Below are positions 1-8,824 of a stretch of DNA of 24,000 nt, in pieces. A program made the translations under genes and the position numbers. The stretch's first letter is position 1. The number at the start of each line of letters is the position of its first letter. The DNA is from Kribbella sp. NPDC004875 (lineage in GTDB: Bacteria > Actinomycetota > Actinomycetes > Propionibacteriales > Kribbellaceae), in contig NZ_JBIALI010000001.1 in the NCBI RefSeq assembly GCF_042873375.1, positions 1,453,110-1,477,109 on the forward strand. The letters are read 5' to 3'. Under the pieces are notes generated by a model, which was given only the letters and a program-made list of their open reading frames with translations, did no database searches and had not been told where the DNA came from.

Positions 1-749
1 TCGCGCTCGAGCAGGACGCCGGGACCGGACTGGCCGCGGTGTCGCTGTCGAGTCCGTTGGGTGTCGAGGAGCTCGGGGACGCCGAGCTGCTCGCGGCGTG
101 GCACGACGGCGCCGCGGAGTTCCCCGCGCCCTTCCGCGCCTGGGCTTCCGTCGAGCTGCTCGAACCCGACACGGCCGGTCTGGAATCCCTGCTGGACAAG
201 GGATTCCTGGGGCTACAGCTCCCCGCCCACGTGCTCGGTACGCCGTCGGCGTGGGAGGCGCAGGGTGAGCTGCTGCGGGTCGCGGAGCGATTGGGTAAGC
301 CGATCCTGGTGCATCCAGGCGCGGCCGGCACGACCGATGGGCCGTGCTGGTGGGCACCGGTCGTGGACTACTCGACGCAGCTCCAAGCAGCGTGGTGGGC
401 GTGGCATGCCTTCGGCGGCCGACGGTCGTACCCGGCCCTGCGGTTGTGCTTCGTCGCCGCGGCCGGTCTCGCGCCGGTACACCACGAGCGGCTGTCCGCA
501 CGCGGCGGCCGGCTCGGCACCATCGACCCGAATCTGTACGTCGACACCTCGAGCTACGGCCCGCAGGGGATCGACGCGGTCGCGCGGGTGCTCGGGATCG
601 ACCAGGTCGTGCACGGCACGGACCGGCCGTACGCCGACACCACCGACCTCCGCCAAGGCGACGCCGCGACCGCGGTGATCCGCCACGACAACCCCCACCG
701 GCTGCTGTTCGGAGCCGGTGCACCTACTCCTGAGAGGGGAGTGCAGTGA
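1..749 (+). CDS. Amidohydrolase-family protein (PF04909/ACMSD-like), 5' end outside the window
   Basis: Frame 3 is open from the window edge to TGA at 747-749. The translated product (..KPILVHPG.., ..VVHGTDRPY..) resembles metal-dependent amidohydrolase_2 C-terminal halves. The N-terminal HxH metal motif is absent, consistent with truncation by the window. GC3 is high. Confidence 0.7.
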   Translation, partial: ALEQDAGTGLAAVSLSSPLGVEELGDAELLAAWHDGAAEFPAPFRAWASVELLEPDTAGLESLLDKGFLGLQLPAHVLGTPSAWEAQGELLRVAERLGKPILVHPGAAGTTDGPCWWAPVVDYSTQLQAAWWAWHAFGGRRSYPALRLCFVAAAGLAPVHHERLSARGGRLGTIDPNLYVDTSSYGPQGIDAVARVLGIDQVVHGTDRPYADTTDLRQGDAATAVIRHDNPHRLLFGAGAPTPERGVQ

Positions 750-1306
750 CTGCCCAGCCCATCGACGTACCCAACGTCCCGGCGCGCCAGGCCACCCGGC
801 TCGTGGAGCTGAACAACTGTCTGTCGCTGGACGACCTTCCCGGTCGCGACCTGACGCCCGACGAGCTCTCGGAGCTCGCTGCCTCCATCGCCGCGCAGCC
901 GCACCTGTGGGAGGACCAGGTCGCGTACAGCGACGAGGAGCGGGTCTTCGCCTCCCTGCACCGCGACGCGAACGTCGACGTCTGGCTGATCTGCTGGACC
1001 CCGGTCAACGACACCGGCTGGCACGACCACGACGTCTCGTCCGGCGCGGTCGCGGTCGCGAAGGGGAAGCTGGTCGAGCACAACCTCGCGATCGGTACCG
1101 AGTCGATCGAGACCGAGGTCGTCGCCGGAGACGTGTACGGGTTCGGCCCGGACCACATCCACCGCCTGACCGGTCTCGACAAGGGCAGTGTCACCGTCCA
1201 CGCCTACAGCCCGCCGCTGTGGCGGATGGGGCAGTACTCGGTCAAGGACGGCGTACTCCGCCGGGTCTCGGTCTCCTACGCCGACGAGCTGCGCCCGATC
1301 GACTGA
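746..1306 (+). CDS. Cysteine dioxygenase type I-like cupin (thiol dioxygenase family)
   Basis: 186-aa ORF. Cupin motifs WHDHDVSSGAVAV..G and GPDHIHRL are typical of bacterial CDO/3-mercaptopropionate dioxygenase homologs. GAGAGGGGAG Shine-Dalgarno lies 4 nt before the GTG. The GTGA overlaps the upstream stop, indicating translational coupling. Confidence 0.8.
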   Translation: MTAQPIDVPNVPARQATRLVELNNCLSLDDLPGRDLTPDELSELAASIAAQPHLWEDQVAYSDEERVFASLHRDANVDVWLICWTPVNDTGWHDHDVSSGAVAVAKGKLVEHNLAIGTESIETEVVAGDVYGFGPDHIHRLTGLDKGSVTVHAYSPPLWRMGQYSVKDGVLRRVSVSYADELRPID

Positions 1307-1313
1307 CTGTCCG

Positions 1314-1350
1314 GACGCCCATTCTCTGACTGAGCCAGAGAATGGGCGTC
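1314..1350 (+). terminator. Perfect 15-bp stem / 7-nt loop hairpin downstream of the cupin gene
   Basis: GACGCCCATTCTCTG-actgagc-CAGAGAATGGGCGTC read directly. It starts 8 nt after the stop codon. There is no U-tract. Confidence 0.5.
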
Positions 1351-1389
1351 GAGGTGGTACCGGTTCGAGAAGACCTTGGAAGCCTGAGG

Positions 1390-1426
1390 CCTCCACCCGC
1401 CGGGCTCGTCCGCCGGCGGGTGGAGG
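1390..1426 (-). terminator. 14-bp GC-rich hairpin just downstream of the minus-strand TIGR03118-like gene
   Basis: CCTCCACCCGCCGG-9 nt-CCGGCGGGTGGAGG. It lies 8 nt from the minus-strand stop (1434-1436), between convergent genes. There is no U-tract. Confidence 0.5.
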
Positions 1427-1433
1427 TGGGGTG

Positions 1434-2534
1434 TCACGGCATCCGGAGGACGCCGATCAGACCGTGGTTCTCGTCGTTGGGACCGGAGGAGAACCAGAGG
1501 GCGTCGGTGCCGCCCGTGGTCGCGGTGCCCTGCAGGAGTGCCCACAGGCCGTCGATCGTCAGCGGCTTGCCGTGCGTGTCGCGGACCAGGCCCGCGAACG
1601 CGAAGTGGCCGAGTGACCTCGGGTGGTAGATGCTGATCCGGCCGTCGCCGAAGTTGCCGACCAGCAGCGTGCCCCTGGGCTGACCCCAGGCCCTCGGAGC
1701 CAGTGCGAGACCCCACGGCGCGTTCAGTGTGCCGTGGGACGCGACGCGGGTGATCAGCCTGCCGTCGACCGTGTACTCGTCGACGAAACCGCGCCCGGGA
1801 CCGGCGACCTCGTCGTTGGTCTTCGGGTCGACCTGCGCGTAGGTGACGAAGATCCGGCCCTTCAGCGCCTGCACGTTGAACGGACCGAAACTCTTCGGCA
1901 GGTGGTCGTCCCGGAACGCCCACTTCGGCGTCCGTACCCGGTCGAACCTGCTGTTGAAGACGTCGATCCGGTGCTGGGAGAAGTTCGCGGCGTACAGCCG
2001 GTCACCCGCCCGCTTGGTCGACGCGATCGCCAGCCCCTTGTAGACCGCTCCGCGGGTGCTGGCCTTGATCTCGGCCGGCCCGGTCGGCGAGTCGACCACC
2101 CGGCTCCAGGCCGCGATCTTTCCTTCCTCGGTGGCGAAGATGAAGTTCGCCGGCGCGCTGGTCTTCTTGTTCCTCAGGACGAACCCGGGGCCGGAGTTGT
2201 TCACCTGCCCGGTCGGCGAGTTCACCGTCACCCGGATGGGCAGCTTCGTGACCATCCGCGAGCCGGCGGGCACCGAGTACACCGTGGCGGTCGACGAATG
2301 GTTGTTGGCCGACCACAGCGGAGTGGTGGCACCGAGCGCCAGACCCCACGGATTCACCAGGTCGGGATCCTGGAACGCGGCCTTGCCCTTCTGGTCGGAC
2401 ACCAGGTTCACCTGCCGTACGGCGAGTTGGTGGGCCCGGTGCGCGCTGGCGGGGACTGCCGGGGCGAGCAGGGCGAGGCCACCGACCAGTGCGGTCGCGA
2501 CCGCGACCGGACGGCGTTTCGAACGAACTGACAT
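1434..2534 (-). CDS. Secreted TIGR03118-family-like protein (predicted beta-propeller)
   Basis: 366-aa ORF. The N-terminal signal peptide (MSVRSKRRPVAVATALVGGLALLAPAVPASA) is followed by NLVSD..A.QDPDLVNPWGLA, which I recall as the signature of TIGR03118. GAGGGGGA Shine-Dalgarno precedes the ATG. Confidence 0.65.
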   Translation of the reverse strand: MSVRSKRRPVAVATALVGGLALLAPAVPASAHRAHQLAVRQVNLVSDQKGKAAFQDPDLVNPWGLALGATTPLWSANNHSSTATVYSVPAGSRMVTKLPIRVTVNSPTGQVNNSGPGFVLRNKKTSAPANFIFATEEGKIAAWSRVVDSPTGPAEIKASTRGAVYKGLAIASTKRAGDRLYAANFSQHRIDVFNSRFDRVRTPKWAFRDDHLPKSFGPFNVQALKGRIFVTYAQVDPKTNDEVAGPGRGFVDEYTVDGRLITRVASHGTLNAPWGLALAPRAWGQPRGTLLVGNFGDGRISIYHPRSLGHFAFAGLVRDTHGKPLTIDGLWALLQGTATTGGTDALWFSSGPNDENHGLIGVLRMP

Positions 2535-2660
2535 GACACTTCCCCCTCATCGGGAATACGGGACATAGCCGACACGGGTGGATCGGCGGAGTGGTTCAGA
2601 GGCCACTCGATCCGGAAGTGGTTATGGAGCCCGGCGCGCGGCGGCCGTTAGCGTCGGGGC

Positions 2661-3470
2661 ATGAGGATTCGGGTGGTGGACGCGTTCACGGAGCGGGCCT
2701 TCGCGGGCAACCCGGCAGGGGTGTGTGTACTCGGGGCCGGCGACTGGCCGGACGACAGCTGGATGCAGAGCGTCGCCAAGGAAATGCAGCACGCCGAGAC
2801 CGCCTTCACGCGTCCGAGCGCGACACCCGGTGCCGACTGGGACCTGCGCTGGTTCACTCCGGCGATCGAGGTGGACATGTGTGGTCACGCGACGCTGGCC
2901 ACCACGCACGCGTTGATCGCGGACGGTCTGGTCACCGACCACGTCCGGTTCAGTACCCGGAGCGGCATCCTGTCGGCGTCGGCGGACGCGGGCCGGATCA
3001 CGCTGGACTTCCCGATCTCACCCGTGGCGCCGATCGACGTACCGGACGGGCTGGTGGAGGCGCTGGGCGTCAAGCCGGACGAGGTCTACGGGACCGGACC
3101 GCTGACCGACGTACTGGTGGTGCTGTCCGACGAGGACGCGGTGCGGGCGGTCAGCCCGGACCTGGTCCGGCTGGAGGCGATCAACCGGCGCGACCGCAAC
3201 CGGGGCACGATCGTGACCGCACCGGCCGATGCGGAGTACGACTTCGTCTCCAGGTTCTTCGCGCCGGTCGCCGGGATCCCGGAGGACCCGGTCTGCGGGA
3301 GCGCCCACACCGCGCTCGCGTCGTACTGGTCCGAGCGCCTCGGGCGGAGTGACCTGGTCGGGCACCAGGTGTCCGCCCGCGGCGGGGTCCTTCAGGTCAC
3401 CGCTGCCGGTGACCGCGTCCACCTGGGTGGTAGCGCGGTCACCGTGCTGGACGGCGAACTGCTGGTCTAG
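2661..3470 (+). CDS. PhzF-family isomerase
   Basis: 269-aa product. The N-terminus is MRIRVVDAFTERAFAGNPAGVCV. Motifs AETAF, RWFTP..EVDMCGHATLA and EDPVCGSAH are hallmark PhzF/YddE motifs. Confidence 0.9.
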   Translation: MRIRVVDAFTERAFAGNPAGVCVLGAGDWPDDSWMQSVAKEMQHAETAFTRPSATPGADWDLRWFTPAIEVDMCGHATLATTHALIADGLVTDHVRFSTRSGILSASADAGRITLDFPISPVAPIDVPDGLVEALGVKPDEVYGTGPLTDVLVVLSDEDAVRAVSPDLVRLEAINRRDRNRGTIVTAPADAEYDFVSRFFAPVAGIPEDPVCGSAHTALASYWSERLGRSDLVGHQVSARGGVLQVTAAGDRVHLGGSAVTVLDGELLV

Positions 3471-4090
3471 GCCCAGGTCTCGGCGTGGGTGGCCACGCCG
3501 TTCGGGGCGATCAGTTCGGTCACGACGTCCTCGGCATCCGCGTCCAGCGCCTCGAACGGCGGCTCCGGTACGACGTACGCGCGGGCGCCCGCGATCAGCT
3601 CGGTGCCGGGCAGCTCGAACCAGGCCTCGCCGACCTCGCGGCTGATCTCGTAGATGGCCTGCTCGGCGGTCTCGACCGGCTCGCGGTCACCGGACTCGTC
3701 CAGCTCGGCCGGGTGCCGCTCCTGCGCGGCGCGGCCGGCCTCCAGCAGTTCGTCCAGGTCGACGATGCGCAGGTCGAACCGCGACACCACGCTGATCACC
3801 TGGTCCGGCTCGGTCTCCTCGTCGTCCTCGTCGTCGGCCGAGTCGTCGAGCAGCAGGGGCGCCGTACCGGTGTGTTCGAAGACGGCGTCGTTCCAGTCCT
3901 CGACCACGCCCTCGAGCGCGGCGTTGTGCTCGAAGAGCGTGGAGTGGTCCTCCTCGCCCGTCATCGCGAGCAGCGCCTCGGTGTGGGCCTGCAGGCGCTC
4001 GGCCAGCTTCCGGCTCGCCTCGGCGAGGGCGGCCCGGGAGTCCGCGGAATAGAACTGCTCCGCGGGGGCGGTGATGTCCATCTCTGTCAC
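3467..4090 (-). CDS. Highly acidic hypothetical protein (about 204-207 aa)
   Basis: The ORF is open up to 4255, but GC3 drops upstream of about 4090. GTG at 4090 has GGGAAG 9 nt upstream. An alternative ATG lies at 4081 (MDITAPAEQ..). By my count about 52 of 204 residues are D/E and there is 1 Lys. I recognise no family. Confidence 0.65.
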   Translation of the reverse strand: MTEMDITAPAEQFYSADSRAALAEASRKLAERLQAHTEALLAMTGEEDHSTLFEHNAALEGVVEDWNDAVFEHTGTAPLLLDDSADDEDDEETEPDQVISVVSRFDLRIVDLDELLEAGRAAQERHPAELDESGDREPVETAEQAIYEISREVGEAWFELPGTELIAGARAYVVPEPPFEALDADAEDVVTELIAPNGVATHAETWA

Positions 4091-4151
4091 GTGGTTGTTC
4101 TTCCCTTGTCGGTCGGTGGGAGGGCATCGGGGGAAATGCCAGCCGTAAGTA

Positions 4152-4201
4152 TGTGAGAAGCCTGTGAGAGCTGCGTCAGCGGGTGTGAGAGGCCTGCGAG
4201 A
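4152..4201 (+). promoter_or_regulatory. Four phased TG(T/C)GAGA heptamer direct repeats; candidate KdpE (OmpR-family) operator of the kdp promoter
   Basis: TGTGAGA at 4152, 4163 and 4184, and TGCGAGA at 4195, give spacings of 11, 21 and 11 nt. They form two 19-nt units: TGTGAGAAGCCTGTGAGAG and TGTGAGAGGCCTGCGAGAA. They lie 72-121 nt upstream of the first kdp-operon ORF. Confidence 0.4.
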
Positions 4202-4272
4202 ACCCTCCTGACCGGGCAGCGAACGGTGTCCAGTTGAGCTCATGAACACCTTCACCCTGCTGGGGCGGCGCC

Positions 4273-4356
4273 ATGGATGACGTCATCTACCTCGCACTCA
4301 CCGTCGTCGTGTTCGCGGCCGTCTGGTCCGCCTTGCGCGGAGTGGAGAAGCTGTGA
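4273..4356 (+). CDS. Unlisted 27-aa single-TM peptide translationally coupled to kdpF
   Basis: ATG at 4273 gives MDDVIYLALTVVVFAAVWSALRGVEKL. 24 of 27 codons end in G/C, like the surrounding genes. Its stop TGA (4354-4356) overlaps the kdpF GTG (4353) as GTGA. Confidence 0.45.
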   Translation: MDDVIYLALTVVVFAAVWSALRGVEKL

Positions 4357-4442
4357 GCGCCGAGAACATCGCCGGTTTGGTCGTGGCCGCTGCCCTGGTG
4401 CTCTACCTGATCGCCGCCCTGATCTTTCCCGAGAGGTTCTGA
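4353..4442 (+). CDS. kdpF: K+-transporting ATPase subunit F (29 aa, below the ORF-track cutoff)
   Basis: The translation (V)SAENIAGLVVAAALVLYLIAALIFPERF matches the KdpF consensus (..N..GL.....L..YL..AL..PE(R/K)F). The stop overlaps the kdpA ATG by 1 nt (TGATG). Confidence 0.85.
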   Translation: MSAENIAGLVVAAALVLYLIAALIFPERF

Positions 4443-6103
4443 TGTCCGACACCGCGGCCGGCCTGTTACAGGTCGGCTTCCTGATCGTGTGCCTGGCGGC
4501 GGTCTACCGGCCGCTCGGTGGATACATGGCCCGCGTCTTCACGTCCGACAAGGACCTCCGGGTCGAACGTATGACCTACAAGCTGTTCGGCGTCGACTCG
4601 AAGGCCGACCAGACCTGGGCCGTGTACGCCCGGTCGCTGCTCGCGTTCTCCGCACTCAGCGTCGTCCTGCTGTACCTGTTGCAGCGCCTGCAGCACTGGC
4701 TGCCGCTGTCGCTCGGACTGCCGAACGTGCCGTCCGGTCTGGCCTTCAACACCGCCGCGTCGTTCGTCTCGAACACCAACTGGCAGAACTACTCGCCCGA
4801 GGTGACGATGGGCCACCTGGTCCAGTTCGCCGGCCTCGCGGTGCAGAACTTCCTGTCCGCGGCCGTCGGCATCACCGTCGCGATCGCCCTGATCCGGGGC
4901 TTCGCCCGGTCCAAGACCGACCGGCTCGGCAACTTCTGGGTCGACCTGACCCGGACCACGCTGCGGATCCTGCTGCCGATGGCAGTCGTCGGCGGGCTCG
5001 CGCTGGTCGCGATGGGCGTCGTCCAGAACTTCTCCGGCGGTCACGAGCTGACCTCGGTGGTCGGCCAGACCCAGACCGTTCCGGGCGGGCCGGTGGCCAG
5101 CCAGGAGGTCATCAAGGAGCTGGGCACCAACGGTGGTGGTTTCTACAACGCCAACTCCGCGCACCCGTTCGAGAACCCGAACGGCCTGTCGAACCTGTTC
5201 GAGATCTTCCTGCTGCTGGTGATCCCGGTCTGCATCACCCGGACGTTCGGCCTGATGGTGAAGGACAAGCGGCAGGGCTACGCGATCCTCGGCGTGATGG
5301 GTGTGCTGTGGGCGGCCTTCACCTTCTCCGCGACGCTCTTCGAGAACCTCGGCGCCGGTACGGCGACCCAGGCCGCCGGCGCCGCGATGGAAGGCAAGGA
5401 AACCCGCTTCGGCGAATGGGCCTCGGCACTGTTCGCCACCTCCACCACGGGTACGTCGACCGGCGCGGTGAACTCGGCGCACGACTCGTTCACCCCGTTG
5501 GGCGGCGGTACGGCGCTGTTCCACATGATGCTCGGTGAGGTGTCACCGGGCGGTACGGGCACCGGCCTCTACGGCATGCTGATCCTCGCGGTCCTGGCGG
5601 TGTTCGTCGCGGGCCTGATGGTCGGGCGCACCCCGGAGTACCTGAAGAAGAAGATCACCGCGCGCGAGATGAAGCTGGTCTCGCTGTACATCCTGACGAC
5701 GCCGACCGTGGTACTGGCCGGTGCGTCGATCGCGATGGGACTCGCGGTCGCGCGGGCCTCGATCTTCAACACCGACAGCCCGCACGGGTTCTCCGAGGTG
5801 CTGTACGCGTTCACCTCTGCCGGTAACAACAACGGCAGCGCGTTCGGTGGCCTGAGCGGCAACATCCCGTTCTACAACACCGCGCTCGGTCTGGTGATGC
5901 TGCTCGGCCGGTTCGTGCCGATCGTGTTCGCACTCGCGCTGGCCGGCTCGCTCGCCCAGCAGCAGCCGGTGCCCGTGACCCAGGGCACGCTGCCCACCCA
6001 CAAGGCACTCTTCGTGACGATGCTGGTCGGGACCGTCCTGATCGTCACGGGCCTGACGTACTTCCCCGCACTGACTCTCGGACCCCTCGCGGAGGGACTG
6101 TGA
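4442..6103 (+). CDS. kdpA: K+-transporting ATPase subunit A
   Basis: 553-aa polytopic product starting [33 protein letters not shown]. KdpA-typical NTNWQNY, TNGGGF and [10 protein letters not shown] selectivity-filter-like motifs are present. The ORF-track start at 4277 is a spurious extension. Confidence 0.97.
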   Translation: MSDTAAGLLQVGFLIVCLAAVYRPLGGYMARVFTSDKDLRVERMTYKLFGVDSKADQTWAVYARSLLAFSALSVVLLYLLQRLQHWLPLSLGLPNVPSGLAFNTAASFVSNTNWQNYSPEVTMGHLVQFAGLAVQNFLSAAVGITVAIALIRGFARSKTDRLGNFWVDLTRTTLRILLPMAVVGGLALVAMGVVQNFSGGHELTSVVGQTQTVPGGPVASQEVIKELGTNGGGFYNANSAHPFENPNGLSNLFEIFLLLVIPVCITRTFGLMVKDKRQGYAILGVMGVLWAAFTFSATLFENLGAGTATQAAGAAMEGKETRFGEWASALFATSTTGTSTGAVNSAHDSFTPLGGGTALFHMMLGEVSPGGTGTGLYGMLILAVLAVFVAGLMVGRTPEYLKKKITAREMKLVSLYILTTPTVVLAGASIAMGLAVARASIFNTDSPHGFSEVLYAFTSAGNNNGSAFGGLSGNIPFYNTALGLVMLLGRFVPIVFALALAGSLAQQQPVPVTQGTLPTHKALFVTMLVGTVLIVTGLTYFPALTLGPLAEGL

Positions 6104-8181
6104 CCACGCTGACGACGCCGCCCGTCTCGCAACCGGCGGCTGCTACCCCGAAGAAGGCACCCTCGGGCCTGTTCGACCCGAAGATGCTGCTCACCTCGCT
6201 GCCGGACGCGCTGCGCAAGCTCGACCCGCGGGTGATGTGGAAGAACCCGGTGATGTTCGTCGTCGAGGTCGGCGCGGTCGCGTCGACGGTCTTCGCCGTC
6301 ACCGACTCCAGCGTGTTCGTCTGGTGGATCGTCGTCTGGCTCTGGCTGACCGTGATCTTCGCGAACCTCGCCGAAGCGGTCGCCGAGGGCCGTGGCAAGG
6401 CCCAGGCCGAGACGCTGCGCCGGGCCAAGACCGAGACCACCGCGCGGCGCCTGGTCGGCGACCAGGAGGAAGCGGTCCCGGCCACCCAGTTGCGGCTCGG
6501 CGACCTGGTCGTCGTCGAGGCCGGCCAGATCATCCCCGGCGACGGTGACGTCGTCGAGGGCGTGGCCAGCGTCGACGAGTCGGCGATCACCGGCGAGTCG
6601 GCCCCGGTCATCCGGGAGTCCGGCGGCGACCGGAGCGCGGTCACCGGCGGCACCAAGGTGCTGTCGGACCGGATCGTCGTGAAGATCACCACCAAGCCCG
6701 GTGAGAGCTTCATCGACCGGATGATCGCGCTGGTCGAGGGTGCGTCCCGGCAGAAGACGCCGAACGAGATCGCGCTGAACATCCTGCTGGCCAGCCTCAC
6801 CATCGTGTTCCTGGTCGCGACCGTCACGCTGCCGCCGTTCGCGGCGTACGCGAAGGTCAACCTGAACATCGTGATCCTGGTGGCCCTGCTGGTCTGTCTG
6901 ATCCCGACCACGATCGGCGCACTGCTGTCCGCGATCGGCATCGCCGGCATGGACCGGCTGGTGCAGCGCAACGTGCTGGCGATGTCCGGACGCGCGGTCG
7001 AGGCGGCCGGCGACGTGAACACGCTGCTGCTGGACAAGACCGGCACCATCACGCTGGGCAACCGGCAGGCGGCGGAGTTCATCCCGGTCGACGGTGTCAC
7101 CGACACCGACCTGGCCGACGCGGCCCAGCTGTCCAGCCTCGCGGACGAGACGCCGGAAGGCCGGTCGATCGTCGTACTGGCGAAGACCGGGTACGGGCTG
7201 CGGGAGCGGCACACCGGAGAGTTGCCGCACGCAACGTTCGTGGAGTTCACCGCGCAGACCCGGATGAGCGGCGTGGACGTCGACGACCGGCAGATCCGCA
7301 AGGGCGCCGCGGGTGCGGTGAACGCGTGGATCGGTCAGCACGGCGGAGCCACCGACGGCAAGCTCGGTGAGATCGTCGACGGTATCTCAGCCTCCGGTGG
7401 TACGCCGCTGGTCGTTGCCGAGAGCATCGACGGCAAGGCCCGCGCACTCGGCGTCATCCACCTGAAGGACGTCGTCAAGGAGGGCATGCGGGAGCGGTTC
7501 GACCAGATGCGCGCGATGGGCATCCGGACCGTGATGATCACCGGCGACAACGCACTGACCGCGAAGGCGATCGCCGACGAGGCCGGGGTCGACGACTTCC
7601 TGGCCGAGGCGACGCCCGAGGACAAGATGGCGCTGATCAAGAAGGAGCAGGAGGGCGGCCGGCTGGTCGCGATGACCGGTGACGGCACCAACGACGCGCC
7701 GGCGCTGGCGCAGGCGGATGTCGGCGTGGCGATGAACACCGGCACGTCGGCCGCGAAGGAGGCCGGCAACATGGTCGACCTCGACTCCAACCCGACGAAG
7801 CTGATCGAGATCGTCGAGATCGGCAAGCAGTTGCTGATCACCCGCGGTTCGCTGACCACGTTCTCGATCGCGAACGACGTCGCGAAGTACTTCGCGATCC
7901 TGCCGGCGCTGTTCGCGGCGGCGTACCCCGGGCTGGACAAGCTGAACATCATGGGGCTGCACTCGCCGGAGTCGGCGATCGTGTCCGCGATCGTGTTCAA
8001 CGCGCTGATCATCATCGGGCTGGTCCCGCTGGCGCTGCGCGGCGTCCGGTACCGGCCGTCGTCCGCCTCGGCGATGCTCCGCCGGAACCTGCTGGTGTAC
8101 GGCGTCGGCGGCCTGATCTCACCGTTCCTCGGCATCAAGCTCCTCGACCTGGTGATCTCGCTGATCCCCGGTCTGCGTTGA
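6100..8181 (+). CDS. kdpB: K+-transporting P-type ATPase subunit B
   Basis: 693 aa. P-type ATPase motifs are [17 protein letters not shown] and [18 protein letters not shown]. The GTGA overlaps the kdpA stop. Confidence 0.98.
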   Translation: MTTLTTPPVSQPAAATPKKAPSGLFDPKMLLTSLPDALRKLDPRVMWKNPVMFVVEVGAVASTVFAVTDSSVFVWWIVVWLWLTVIFANLAEAVAEGRGKAQAETLRRAKTETTARRLVGDQEEAVPATQLRLGDLVVVEAGQIIPGDGDVVEGVASVDESAITGESAPVIRESGGDRSAVTGGTKVLSDRIVVKITTKPGESFIDRMIALVEGASRQKTPNEIALNILLASLTIVFLVATVTLPPFAAYAKVNLNIVILVALLVCLIPTTIGALLSAIGIAGMDRLVQRNVLAMSGRAVEAAGDVNTLLLDKTGTITLGNRQAAEFIPVDGVTDTDLADAAQLSSLADETPEGRSIVVLAKTGYGLRERHTGELPHATFVEFTAQTRMSGVDVDDRQIRKGAAGAVNAWIGQHGGATDGKLGEIVDGISASGGTPLVVAESIDGKARALGVIHLKDVVKEGMRERFDQMRAMGIRTVMITGDNALTAKAIADEAGVDDFLAEATPEDKMALIKKEQEGGRLVAMTGDGTNDAPALAQADVGVAMNTGTSAAKEAGNMVDLDSNPTKLIEIVEIGKQLLITRGSLTTFSIANDVAKYFAILPALFAAAYPGLDKLNIMGLHSPESAIVSAIVFNALIIIGLVPLALRGVRYRPSSASAMLRRNLLVYGVGGLISPFLGIKLLDLVISLIPGLR

Positions 8182-8194
8182 GAGGTAGTTGTCA

Positions 8195-8812
8195 ATGACA
8201 AGCAGTTTTCGTCAATTCGGGGTGGCGCTCCGGGCACTCCTGGTGTTCACCGTCGTACTGGGTATCGCCTACCCGCTGGTGATGACCGGGGTCTCCCAGG
8301 TGCTGTTCCATGGGAACGCCAACGGTTCGATCATCAAGGTGGACGGCAAGCCGGTCGCCTCCGACCTGATCGGTCAGGCGTACACGAAGGACAGCGGTCG
8401 CAAGGACGCCGACGGCAAGGCGATCATGGTCGCCGACCCGAAGTGGTTCCAGACCCGTCCGTCCGCGGCCGGCTACGACGCGATGGGCAGCGCGGCCTCG
8501 CAGTACGGGCCGAACAACCCGGAGCTGGTCAAGCTGGTCGAAGAGCGCCGGCAGGAGGTCGCCAAGCTCGAGGGTGTCGATCCGTCGCAGGTTCCGCCGG
8601 ACGCGGTCACAGCCAGTGGCAGCGGTCTGGATCCCGCCATCAGCCCGGCGTACGCCGCTCTGCAGGTCAACCGGGTCGCCCGTGAGCGCGGGCTCCCGGT
8701 GGATCGGGTCAAGCAGTTGGTGCAGGAGAACACGACCGGCCGGACGCTCGGCTTCCTGGGGGAGCCGTACGTCAATGTGGTGACGCTCAACGCCGCGCTG
8801 GCCTCCAGCTGA
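8195..8812 (+). CDS. kdpC: K+-transporting ATPase subunit C
   Basis: KdpC-like product with an N-terminal TM helix, then ..SASGSGLDP.ISP..A..Q..RVA. I prefer ATG 8195 (GAGAGG 9 nt upstream) to the track's TTG at 8189. Confidence 0.93.
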   Translation: MTSSFRQFGVALRALLVFTVVLGIAYPLVMTGVSQVLFHGNANGSIIKVDGKPVASDLIGQAYTKDSGRKDADGKAIMVADPKWFQTRPSAAGYDAMGSAASQYGPNNPELVKLVEERRQEVAKLEGVDPSQVPPDAVTASGSGLDPAISPAYAALQVNRVARERGLPVDRVKQLVQENTTGRTLGFLGEPYVNVVTLNAALASS

Positions 8813-8824
8813 GAGCATGTTGGT

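Noticed and set aside
2580-2613. Bulged hairpin GGATC(ggcg)GAGTGG-ttcagagg-CCACTCGATCC in the divergent TIGR03118/PhzF intergenic region
   Set aside because: It is short and interrupted with no second copy. Such a structure could arise by chance in GC-rich DNA, and there is no functional context.
4091-4272. Possible c-di-AMP (ydaO-type) or other riboswitch in the kdp leader
   Set aside because: The region is short, is shared with a divergent gene, and shows no pseudo-two-fold architecture or conserved ACGGGGA-type blocks that I can recognise. The heptamer repeats fit a protein operator better. An Infernal scan would be decisive.
4277-4441. N-terminal 55-codon extension of the kdpA ORF given in the track (start 4277)
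   Set aside because: KdpA homology begins at ATG 4442. The extension is Arg/Pro/Ser-rich. It is occupied in other frames by kdpF and the 27-codon mini-ORF, both of which have proper hydrophobic peptide character.
5872-7341. 489-aa and 418-aa minus-strand ORFs antisense to kdpA/kdpB
   Set aside because: Same high-GC artefact. KdpB motifs (DKTGT, TGDN, GDGxNDxP) are on the plus strand.
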